In this document: positions 22,678-34,776 of the stretch, in pieces
Layout of the letters: every line of letters starts with the position of its first letter
How positions within the stretch are numbered: position 1 is the stretch's first letter
Assembly (NCBI GenBank): GCA_950097015.1
Contig: CATNEN010000001.1
Span: 13,826,001-13,890,000, forward strand
From: Macrostomum hystrix
Taxonomy: Eukaryota > Animalia > Platyhelminthes
Direction: 5' to 3'
DNA: 64,000 nt
Program-made: the position numbers and the translations under genes
Notes under the pieces: model-generated
Database searches by the model: none
Told to the model about the DNA's origin: nothing
What the model saw: the letters and a program-made list of their open reading frames with translations, nothing else

Positions 22678-25007
22678 TGCATCGAGTCCTGAGATATCGA
22701 GCTCAAAGGTTACTCACTGACACCTATCCGTAGGAAAAATGTAAATATGAGTTTTGAGTTTTCGCATGTCCTACCTTCTCTACTAATAGCCGCAGTAGGT
22801 GGAAATGCTTGTTCAATTAAAGTAAATATACTAAATACGCGAATCCTTATTGGTTCACAAATAAAGAAATTCACGCATTAATCAATCTAAAATAGTCAAC
22901 AATGTTAGCCGACATGATTGAATTGTGAAATTCTGTGAGCAGGAAAACTATGCCTATTCTTGTGGTTCTTGCCACCAGACACTGACGAGAATCGTTGAAT
23001 ATCTCGACAATGCCAATGTTTTGTGATTCTGGAAGTTGTTTCATCGGATGGAGCGGAGAAATTTAGCCCGTGTTCTAGATTTTTATGGCGACTGGTTGGA
23101 TATTGGTTGAATATTTTAGGAGATGCAGAAAATATAAAAATCTGGGTATTGGAACCCCGTTGTCTTTGTACTTTTAACTTCTCATAAAGTACATTTTGCA
23201 GCAGCCCACCAAGCTTTTGTAGCAGCTGATGAACAAAGATTAGGGAAAGTGTCCCTTGAGGGCAGCAGTTGCTGCTCAAACTCATTTCTCAGATCAAGCC
23301 GTACCATTTAAAGTATTGAGTTGTGCTCATGTCTAAGAAATTGGTTGGCAATAGTTGGCAATCCATGCAGGCAGGCAGCTGGCCTATTGAGTACGCTTTA
23401 CTTTCCTCGCGTCTCTCGCTTGCGCATATCGGGCGGCATGCAGCACACATCGCCCTACTCTGAATTTGGATTGGGTCCAAAGAACTGAAGGCAAGCAGTA
23501 GGAAAGCGGCATTTCCTAAGAAAGCGGCAGTCACGGTAATCAATTTTGCATTCTCCGCAATTTTCGTCAGCCCCAGCCTCACAGCTGAAATGAAAATGTA
23601 ATGACTTGTGAGGAAGTCTTGTGTGTTTCGCTTTTGCAACCGATAATGTGCACGGCTTTTTAACAGGAAAGGCTGAACAATTTAAACGCTTTCACCAAAA
23701 GAATTGCGTTTGTTGGCCGAATCATGTCAAAGACACAAGACACTTTGATTTGGCATTTGATGGGGTGATCCGAGGGTGTCCTCCTGGTGGGGAGTAGAGG
23801 GCAAGCCCCATTATACGCTTGTCCAAATCGATTCGGTCCGAATAATATTTGTTACCGTTGGCGCTGACTGCAGGCCGAAGCACAACAAGCACGGAAACCA
23901 CAAAGATATCGCTAGGACCCATGCAGCCAGTAGCTTCATTGCTGATACACCTGTTGCAGCTTCGGTGTCCGGGTCTCCTCTTCCTGTGCCCCCTTGAAGA
24001 CGGGAACCGTTCAGCCAGTCTTCCAGCTTTTAAGGAATTTATTCTAAGTTTAGAACATGAACAGCGAAGCAAAAATGCTGCGATAAAGTTTAGACAGCTC
24101 GTGAGTTCTCGAAAACAACTTCTGCACCCCAGATCGATTTTTTGTTGAGTTTTTACCGCAACCAGAGCTGTTTTAATTTAAATTTCGTCAGACTGTGCTC
24201 AAAGTCTGGGGGATGGCTGAGGGATGCTGGTGGACAACTCGACCTGGCCTTGCTGGCCTACCCTGCATTTCAGCCAGCTCTGCGTGAATACTAACAAAGC
24301 TGTACGTCACAATCTGCGTAGGGATATCCCAGCACGCAGGGTTAAATGTGACTTTTACGCTCATTAATTGCTATTAGGGAATTCCGTGTCATGCGATCTA
24401 GTGGTGACCCTATGACCATTGCGATGACGCGTCTATGTACCGCTCACGCATACGTCGCTCGGCGTAGAGCCGACGAAACGAAACGTGTTAACACCCGTGT
24501 CTAGTCTGAATACACTGCCTGAATAGGAAACGATCGTCTATATGAATAAAAGGCAAAATCCTCAGACTTCTCCGGCGATAGCAAGTCCCAGGAGACTCCC
24601 GGGTCTTACGGGACTTACATATTTGGACTTCGATTACCACAGCGTCTTGAGCACCGAGCACTGAACAATATCCGACAGCTGTCGCATAAGAACAAAGGCA
24701 AAGTCTAAGCAGACACGCTATATTCGGTCACACAAATTTTAAGACTCAAGGCCGAATCAAAAGACCCGATGGCAGTAAAATTACAGTTAAAATTGATTTA
24801 TTAGGCACTAAATATAATCAGCTCTGGTGATCAGGACCATTGGTGGAAAAAAACAGAGAAGAGATAAACTCATACAAGGAGGGTTGCTTTCGCAGTCATG
24901 GCGGATGATGTTACATGATGCATGTTAATGCTACGGGTTACGGATTCATCAAATAGCCATGACACAGCCGAACTGAGCCACCAAATTAAATAGTAATATA
25001 CCAAAGG

Positions 25008-25367
25008 ACTGCACTGACCCACACTGCACTGACCCACACTGCACTGACCCACACTGCACTGACCCACACTGCACTGACCCACACTGCACTGACCCACACT
25101 GCACTGACCCACACTGCACTGACCCACACTGCACTGACCCACACTGGACTGACCCACACTGCACTGACCCACACTGTACTGACCCACACTGCACTGACCC
25201 ACACTGGACTGACCCACACTGCACTGACCCACACTGCACTGACCCACACTGGACTGACCCACACTGCACTGACCCACACTGGACTGACCCACACTGGACT
25301 GACCCACACTGCACTGAACCACACTGCACTGACCCACACTGCACTGACCCACACTGCACTGACCCAC
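25008..25367. repeat. 15-bp minisatellite (CCCACACTGCACTGA)n downstream of ANK-cGLR copy A
   Basis: About 24 copies; same unit as 37335..38122. Confidence 0.95.
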
Positions 25368-25711
25368 AATGTCCAGTACTATTGGTAACGTTCGAAAACC
25401 CCCGCTAACTTTCGATAAATTTCTTCTACATCATTAATTTCGATAACCTTAGCGTATTTTCGTTATCTTCGAATAAATTAAAACACCATCCGATACAAGA
25501 GCAAATAAGGGTAAGGGTGAAAGGGTAAAAGAGCAAAAATATGCCAAATTATAAAGAAGAAGAATCAAAGAGAAGCTATAAAAAATGAATAAAAAGGGGA
25601 TTCTATAACATACACAAACGAGCGGTTTGCATGCTGTGATATTCAGCTTCACAAATGGCAGACACTTCCGCAGCTTCTTTCTGTCTCTATGGCAACGTGT
25701 AAATGTTTCTT

Positions 25712-28700
25712 TCAGGGCACCGCCAGCGACTTCGCAAACCGCTGCAGCTTTGCGTGGACCCAGCCGTCTCTCTGCAGGGCTACCGTCTCCATGGCAACAA
25801 GTCTACCGAACTCAGCTCTGACTGGATGCAGCCGCGCTCTCACCCACAGCTTCCGCTCCTCATCCTCCGAGCTCGAGTGACCGACGATGCAGCTGCGAGT
25901 GGAAATTCGCCACCGCTTCTCCCTGACCCAGCGGATCTTCTCCTCATCCTGGGACTCCATGGCGACGCGTCTCTCTTCCCTGACGGTCTCCATCTGTCGC
26001 AGGCTGAACTCCATGTGCTCAACTTGGTCGCTGTAGTGAGCCAGAGTGAGCAGCTCCTCCAAGTCCGGGTCCTCTTGCAGCTCTGAGCGCCACGCATCGA
26101 AGTCGATTGCTGTGCGATTGCGGAGCAGCTCAGCTTGGAGACTCCAGCTCAGGCAGCGGAAGTTCACGTACAGGTGCTCGGAGCGAGGCTGTGACAGTCT
26201 GGGCTGTGACAGTCTGGCTGTGAGCAGAGTCTGCGTGAACTCGGGAAGGAATGGGAATCGAGAAGGAGTGTCTGCTGGGAGGCAGTACCTCCACGCCCAG
26301 TCCGAGTCTGAAGGCAGCCAATAATCTCCGATATCACCAGGCCTCATTCCACTCTGAACTCTGTGACTCTGGAGCTCCATCGCGAGTCTCTCAGCCTCCT
26401 CGGAGTCTCTGAACTTCAAATGCGCCATGGCGGTCATGCACAGGGCGGCGCACTTGCACCACCGCAGCTGATGCAGGAGACTGAGCTGCCTCATCAGGGT
26501 GTCTCTGTCTGCAGACTCTGACTGCAGCTCGCAAACACAATGGTGCACTACACTGTACACGTCTGCTGACATCTCATAACTATGACCACATTTTTTCCTA
26601 ATCTGAGTGACAGCAGGCGGTGCTGTCAGTGGCAGCAGAGTGAACGGGTGAAAGTAGAAGTTCTCTGACTGCAGAGGTCTCACAAGCTGAGAGGTGAGAC
26701 AATCATCACAAGATGAGAGGTCTCTCATCTGCTCAGCCACTCCGCCGATGTCGCTTCTCAGCTCTCTCAGTCGGTCTCGAACCATCGCCTTCGTTTTGTC
26801 GAAGTCGCCGCCGATTCCTGCGTTCTTGAAGTAGAGCGGAGCTCCGGGCATGAAGAAGTGCGGCATGCACTCATTGGGTGAGCTGCTTGAGTCGATGAAG
26901 CTCAGCATCATGTCGAGAGACTCCTTGAGCAGTGAGATCAGACTCTGAGGCTGCCAAGCTTCAGCATTTGGGTCTGTGCCATGCTCCTTCAGCATGAAGA
27001 AGAGCAGAGTCTTTGCATGGTAGGTCTTGAGTCCAGGAGTGTCCAGAGTGAGTGGCAAATGTTTCTTGAAGATGAACTTGATGATTGAGAACAGCTGTCC
27101 CTGGACTGTGCTCAGCTGTCTCATGGCCTCTTTCTCTTGGAAGCTGAAGCTCACTCTGAGCTCATTGGTCTCATTCGGTCTGGTCGCCCTCACGAGGTGA
27201 ACAGAAGTGTTGCTGTGTCTAATCAGCTTCTTGACTCTGTCCCAACAGAAGCCACTGCAGCACCGGATCGCATGGCACGTGTCCTGAGCAGGCCGCACAC
27301 CGCATGCCTTGGTTGAGACGGCAGGTTGGCTGCCTGCAGTAGGTGATAACTCGTGTTATTTTTAAAAGCTTGTGTCAGTTTGTAAATTATTAAATAACTT
27401 TCAAGCTGGTTAAATCTGGTTAAGCTAAAAGCCTTGAAACACAAAGCCTCTATTAATTGTTGATAATTAATTGTCGCAAAGTTGCGAGAGAAAAACAATG
27501 AGTTTTGAACAACAACTTTTTAAGAAATGCAGTATGCTTGCCTTTAGTTGTTGTAGTTCCCACTAAGTAGTTAGCTGTGAGCACTTTTGACCCCAGCGAG
27601 ACCCAGAGAAATAAGAAGATAACAATATCCGATTACCGATCCGATTTCCGATAACTACCCGATGTCACTCACCCGACCCCATTGGCACCTGTGCGTGACC
27701 CTCCGTGACACGCAGCTTCAGGGCACCTCTGCATTCTTCATTTCTCCCATCGCAGCCGCCCTCCAAATGCAGCAGTTGGCCTTGAACAAGCACAGTCCAG
27801 TCAATGTCTGAGTCAGCCGCTGTCCTGCCGTTCACTTGCACCAGACTGTTGGCCCAGCCCTCTGCGAAGCTGCCTGTCATCTGCATCTGCGAGTTCTGAG
27901 TGAGGACTCGAGCGACTTCTTGCAGCCAGACAGCCATTCTCTGCTGACACTTGGCTCTCTCCTGAGTGAATCCCGCCTCGCTGAGCAGTCGGTGCAGTTC
28001 CTCACTGAGCTGCCTGTCCGTCTCTGGGTCGTCTCTGGGCCTGGAATGATGGGAATTAAGTCGGCTGATGGGTTGTACAGCTGCACAGACTGGCATCTCA
28101 AGCTGATCAGCTGAGAGTCCAGCTGCTGCTGCATTCAGACTGGCATCTCATGCTGATCAGCATAGGGGAGTTTCCAATCAGAATCAGAAACTCACTCAGC
28201 GAGACCCGAGTCGGTGCGGAGTCCAGCTGCCTTTTTCTTTTTTCTGCTGCTGGAAAAGGGCGCAGGTTTAGATTAGTTTTACCCGATACGGTCTGCACGA
28301 GTACAGCAAGGGCAAAAAACGGGTTAAAATATTTTAGAACATAAAAACGGACTTACTTCGAAGTTCTGTTCTCCAGCAGCCGCAGCACCTGCTGATGTCC
28401 CAGCTGCTCCGCCACCTGCGCGCATGTCTGGCCCCGACTGTCCCGATGACTCGCATCCGCTCCTCCGTCTATCAGAGTCTTGGCTGCTCGCACGTGACCC
28501 GCCTCACAAGCTCGCGACAGAGCTGTCCGACCCTGACTGTCTTCAGCTCGCACTGACGCACCGAGAACCACCAGCCCCTCGATGAGCTCGTGATGACCTG
28601 AATCAGCTGCCAGCATGAGAGCAGTGGCTCCTGTGCTGTCGGGCACATCGACATCGAATTCTCTGCTGAATCGCTCGTCATGGAGGAGTGTGAGAGCCAG

Positions 28701-31700
28701 TGCGACATGGCCATGGGAGATGGAGACACAGAGCAGCTGTGTGATCTGAGCTGGCTGCATTCGAGACAGAGTCTGGCTGAGAACATCGTTCCTGCCCTCA
28801 ATGGCCATCGAGGCGGTGAAGCTGAGGACTTGGCTGGACTGGAAGAGCCACTCGGGCTGAAGACCAAGGAAGAGGACGACATCTTCACACTGCTGAGAGC
28901 AAGCGGCGACTGCGCAGACACTTCTAATATTTTCTCTTACTCTTTGGTCAGAAACTTTCTGTTCCAAAAATTTGACCACTTCCAAATGACCATGAAATGC
29001 AGCAGATTCCGCAGCTTCCTTGCAGCACTGATCTCTCAGTGTTGGGTCAGTGATTTTCGAGACCAAATATTGGACCACTTTCAACTGACAATTGGTTGCA
29101 GAAGATTTCGCAACCTCCTTGCAGCACTGATCTCTCAGTGTTGGGTCAGCGAATGTCGGCACCAAAAATTTGACCACTTCCAACTGGCCATTGCTCGCAG
29201 CAGATTTCGCAGCCACCTCGCAGCACTGATCTCTTAGTGTTTGGTCAGCGATTTTCAGGACCAAATATTTGACCACTTCCAACTGACGATTAAATGCAGC
29301 AGATTCCGCAGCTTCCTTGCAGCACTGATCTAAAAGTGTTTTGTCAGCGATTATCGGCACCAAAAATTTGACCACTTCCAACTGACCCTTGATTGCAGCA
29401 GATTTCACAACCTCCTTGCAGCACTGATCTCTCAATGTTTGGTTAGCAATATTCAGCACCAAAAATTTGACCACTTCCCACTGACCCCTGATTGCAGCAG
29501 ATTCCGCAACCTCCTTGCAGCACTGATCTCTCAGTGTTTGGTCAGCGATTGTCAGCACCAAAAATTTGACCACTTCCAACTGACCCTTGATTGCTGCAGA
29601 TTTCGCAACCTTCTTGCAGCACTGATCTCTCAGTGTTTTGTCAGCGATTGTCGGCACCAAAAATTTGACCACTTCCAACTGACCATTGATTTCTGCAGAT
29701 TCCGCAGCCTCCTTGCAGCACTGATCTCTCAGTGTTTTGTCAGCAATTGTCGGCACCAAATATTGGATCACTTCCCACTGACGCTCTCTTGCTGCAGATT
29801 TCACAACCTCCTTGCAGCACCGATCTCTCAGTGTTTTGTCAGCAATTGTCGGCACCAAAAATTTGACCACTTCCAACTGACCCTTGATTGCAGCAGATTT
29901 CACAACCTCCTTGCAGCACTGATCTCTCAATGTTTGGTTAGCAATATTCAGCACCAAAAATTTGACCACTTCCCACTGACCCCTGATTGCAGCAGATTCC
30001 GCAGCCTCCTTGCAGCACTGATCTCTCAGTGTTTTGTCAGCAATTGTCGGCACCAAATATTGGATCACTTCCCACTGACGCTCTCTTGCTGCAGATTTCA
30101 CAACCTCCTTGCAGCACCGATCTCTCAGTGTTTTGTCAGCAATTGTCGGCACCAAAAATTTGACCACTTCCAAATGACCGTTGATTGCAGCAGATTTCGC
30201 AACCTCGTTGCAGCACCGATCTCTCAATGTTTTGTCAGCAATTGTCAGCACCAAAAATTTGACCACTTCCAAATGACCGTTGATTGCAGCAGATTTCGCA
30301 ACCTCCTTGCAGCACTGATCTCTCAGTGTTTGGGCAGCGATTTTTAGCACCAAAAATTTGACCACTTCCAACTGACCATTGATTGCTGCAGATTCTGCAA
30401 CCTCCTTGCAGCACCGATCTCTCAGTGTTTTGTCAGCAATTGTCGGCACCAAAAATTTGACCACTTCCAAATGACCCTTGATTGCTGCAGATTCTGCAAC
30501 CTCCTTGCAGCACTGAACTTTTAGTGTTTGATAGGCAATTGTCGGCACCAAAAATTTGACCACTTCCCACTGACACTCTCTTGCAGCCGATTCCGCAGCT
30601 TCCTTGCAGCACTGATCTCTCAGTGTTTTGTCAGCGATTTTCGGCACCAAAAATTTGACCACTTCCCACTGACGCTCTCTTGCTGCAGATTCCGCAACCT
30701 CCTTGCAGCACTGATCTCTCAGTGTTTGGTCAGCGATTGTCGGCACCAAAAATTTGACCACTTCCAAATGACCCTTGATTGCAGCAGATTCTGCAACCTC
30801 CTTGCAGCACTGATCTCTCAGTGTTTGGTCAGCAATTGTCGGCACCAAAAATTTGACCACTTCCAAATGACCCTTGATTGCTGCAGATTCTGCAACCTCC
30901 TTGCAGCACTGATCTCTCAGTGTTTGGTCAGCGATTGTCAGCACCAAAAATTCGACCACTTCCAAATGACCCTTGATTGCAGCAGATTTCGCAACAACCT
31001 TGCAGCACTGATCTTTTAGTTTTTTGTCAGCAATTGTTAGCACCAAAAAATTGACGACTTCCAACTGACCATAAAATGCAGCAGATTCCGCAACCTCCTT
31101 GCAGCACTGATATTTTACTGTTTGGTGAGCAATTTTCAGCACCAAATATTGCACCACTTCTAACTTACCATTGATTGCAGCTGATTTCGAAGCGTCCTTG
31201 AAGCACTGACGTCTCAGTTTTTGGTCAGCGATTTTCGGCAACAAATATTTGACCACTTCCAAATGACCCTTGATTGCTGCAGATTCTGCAACCTCCTTGC
31301 AGCACTGATCTCTCAGTGTTTGGTCAGCGATTGTCGGCACCAAAAATTTGACCACTTCCAACTGACCATTGATTGCTGCAGATTCTGCAACCTCCTTGCA
31401 GCACTGATCTCTCAGTGTTTGGTCAGCGATTGTCGGCACCAAAAATTTGACCACTTCCAACTGACCATTGATTGCTGCAGATTCTGCAACCTCCTTGCAG
31501 CACCGATCTCTCAGTGTTTGGTCAGCGATTGTCGGCACCAAAAATTTGACCACTTCCAAATGACCCTTGATTGCAGCAGATTTCGCAACCTCCTTGCCGC
31601 ACTGATCTCTCAGTGTTTGGTCAGCGATTGTCGGCACCAAAAATTTGACCACTTCCAACTGACCCTTGATTGCTGCAGATTCTGCAACCTCCTTGCAGCA

Positions 31701-33782
31701 CCGATCTCTCAGTGTTTGGTCAGCGATTGTCGGCACCAAAAATTTGACCACTTCCAACTGACCATTGATTGCTGCAGATTCTGCAACCTCCTTGCAGCAC
31801 CGATCTCTCAGTGTTTGGTCAGCGATTGTCGGCACCAAAAATTTGACCACTTCCAAATGACCCTTGATTGCAGCAGATTCTGCAACCTCCTTGCAGCACT
31901 GATCTCTCAGTGTTTGGTCAGAAATTGTCGGCACCAAAAATTTGACCACTTCCCACGAACGCTCTCTTGCAGCAGATTCCGCAACCTCTTTGCAGCACTG
32001 ATCTCTCAGTGTTTGGTCAGAAATTGTCGGCACCAAAAATTTGACCACTTCCAACATACCATTGATTGCAGCAGATTCCGCAACCTCCTTGCAGCACTGA
32101 TCTCTCAGTGTTTGGTCAGCGATTGTCGGCACCAAAAATTTGACCATTTCCCACGAACGCTCTCTTGCAGCAGATTCCGCAACCTCTTTGCAGCACTGAT
32201 CTCTCAGTGTTTGGTCAGCGATTGTCGGCACCAAAAATTTGACCACTTCCAACATACCATTGATTGCAGCAGATTCCGCAACCTCCTTGCAGCACTGATC
32301 TCTCAGTGTTTGGTCAGAAATTGTCGGCACCAAAAATTTGACCACTTCCAACATACCATTGATTGCAGCAGATTCTGCAACCTCCTTGCAGCACCGATCT
32401 CTCAGTGTTTGGTCAGCGATTGTCGGCACCAAAAATTTGACCACTTCCAAATGACCCTTGATTGCAGCAGATTTCGCAACCTCCTTGCAGCACTGATCTC
32501 TCAGTGTTTGGTCAGCGATTGTCGGCACCAAAAATTTGACCACTTCCAAATGACCCTTGATTGCAGCAGATTTCGCAACCTCCTTGCAGCACTGATCTCT
32601 CAGTGTTTGGTCAGCGATTGTCGGCACCAAAAATTTGACCACTTCCCACTGACGCTCTCTTGCTGCAGATTCCGCAACCTCCTTGCAGCACTGATCTCTC
32701 AGTGTTTGGTCAGCGATTGTCGGCACCAAAAATTTGACCACTTCCAAATGACCCTTGATTGCAGCAGATTTCGCAACCTCCTTGCAGCACTGATCTCTCA
32801 GTGTTTGGTCAGCAATTGTCGGCACCAAAAATTTGACCACTTCCAAATGACCCTTGATTGCAGCAGATTCCGCAACCTCCTTGCAGCACTGATCTCTCAG
32901 TGTTTGGTCAGCAATTGTCGGCACCAAAAATGTGACCACTTCCAACTGACCATTGATTGCAGCAGATTCCGCAACCTCCTTGCAGCACTGATCTCTCAGT
33001 GTTTTGTCAGCAATTGTTGGCACCAAAAATTTGACCACTTCCAACTTACCATTTATTGCAGCAGATTTCGCAGCCTTCTTGCAGCACTTATCTCTTCTTT
33101 TTTGGTCAGCAATTGTCGGCAAAAAATATTTTACCACTTCCAACTGACCCATTCTTGCAGCAGATTTCGCAGCCTCCTTGCAGCACTGAACTCTCAGTTT
33201 TTCGTCAGCGATTGTCGGCAGCAAAAATTTGACCACTTCCAACTGACCCCTGATTGCAGCAGATTCCGCAAACTCCTTGCAGCACTGATCTCTCAGTGTT
33301 TGGTCAGTAATTGTCGGCAGCAAAAATTTGACCACTTCCAACTTACCATTGATTGCAGCAGATTTCGCAGCCTTCTTGCAGCACCGATCTCTTTTTTTTT
33401 GGTCAGCAATTGTCGGCAACAAATATTTTACCACTTCCAACTGACCCATTCTTGCAGCAGATTTCGCAGTCTCCTTGCAGCACTGAACTCTCAGTTTTTC
33501 GTCAGCGATTGTCGGCACCAAAAATTTGACCACTTCCAACCGACCCTTGATTGCTGCAGATTCCGCAGCCTCCTTGCAGCACTGATCTCTCAGTGTTTGG
33601 TCAGCAACTGTCTGCACCAGAAGTTTCACAATTTCCCAGTGACGGTGATTCGCAGCAAGACGCCAATGCACTTTACACAGTCGATCCCTTTTTGAGCTGC
33701 TTTTGATTGATTTTAAGTGATTTCGAACTTCGGTTTCCAGCCCCTCTTCTACAGCTCGCCTAAAGCTGATTTTCTGTCCCAT
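25712..33782 (-). CDS. Ankyrin-repeat array + Mab-21/cGAS-like nucleotidyltransferase (cGLR) copy A; complement(join(25712..27333,27673..28139,28196..28249,28357..33782)), about 2,522 aa
   Basis: The donor GTAAGT overlaps the apparent stop of the 1809-aa ORF, and the phases (2,2,1) are compatible. NTase motifs TGSFAEG...DSDID, third acidic site QDTCHAIRC, HLV, ELRVSFSFQE, KTYHAKTLLF, CMPHFFMP. About 47 33-aa ANK-like repeats plus canonical ANK repeats (GATALMLAA, GRTALSRAC). The 54-nt mini-exon is the least certain part. Confidence 0.85.
28960..33600 (-). repeat. Coding 99-bp tandem array (about 47 ankyrin-like units CCKEVAESAAxxxxLEVVKFLVPTIADQTLRDQ)
   Basis: Directly visible 99-bp periodicity; reading frame open throughout. 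Confidence 0.95.
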
Positions 33783-34776
33783 TTGTCAGTCGCTTGGAGA
33801 TTTTAGTAACCTTCTTGACTTTCTTGATCTCTGAAAGTTGGATCGAAAATTTAATTGAAAAACTTTGGAGGGCTCAAGCTGTCCAGGAGGGCTTGAAGCA
33901 GTTGCATTTTTTTCTCTGAGTAGTTGCAGCTCAACTGTGAATTTCAGTCAGTTGAGGAAGGCGGCAATTTTGTCCTGGAGTCTGCTGTGTTGAGTTGCCC
34001 TTAGCAACCATGCGCCCTGACTCTGACGTGTACTCTTTAACTGAGTACTTGAGAGGAGATGAGCTGAGAAGAAGTGAGGAGATACTGACATCCTGCCCCA
34101 GCTAACTGCATAGCAAATAAGAGAGCTCGCATCCTCAGCAGTCACAGGGCATTGTTATGGCCTGGTCGGGCAGCTTCTCTCTCTCCACCTCCCTCCCTCC
34201 AGGCTGGAGTCGCCCATCGGGGTCGGGGAAGGGGGCGGCAGCCGGAGTGCCTCTCACCCCAGGCCCGCACAGAGCAGACCAAACCAGGGGAGGACTTTGA
34301 TGCCTGAAGGGTAGGGACGAGAGTACACACCCCCCACACAACGCCTCACACCCGGTCCAACGCACAAACACAAACAAGCAGGCAAGCAGAAGGCAGGGGC
34401 TAAGGTAAGGGAGGAACGAACCAGCGACCATTTGAAAGTGAGGCAGCGACACTAGCGACACTCACGCCCTCCATCCCATCTCTCTGCCTCATTGGGCAAA
34501 TGCTCAAGTTATTAAATTATCAGTTCTTCAGGCAAATTAAACAGCTAAAACATTCACTCTTTCTTACTCCTATCTATCAAACCATCTTTTTATCAGCCAG
34601 TTTTATGATCAGCTGGAGTCTCTGGGTCTCTACAAGGGCATGCTGAGAGTAGGGCTGCGTTGATGAGGCCTGGTGTTGAGCTGAATCTCAAAGCTTTCTG
34701 TCTGCTGTTCTGAGATTCACTAAAAGTGAGCAGATAAATGGATGCTGCTCTTACTCTGACTCATTTCAGTGTAAAA

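Noticed and set aside
23289-24150. Possible secreted or neuropeptide precursor on the minus strand (hydrophobic stretch, KR sites)
   Set aside because: The features fall in different frames and no consistent spliced ORF could be built.
29439-33695. Long plus-strand ORFs (302, 163 and 824 aa) opposite the ANK array
   Set aside because: Antisense shadows of the 99-bp coding repeat; broken by stops wherever the repeat varies.
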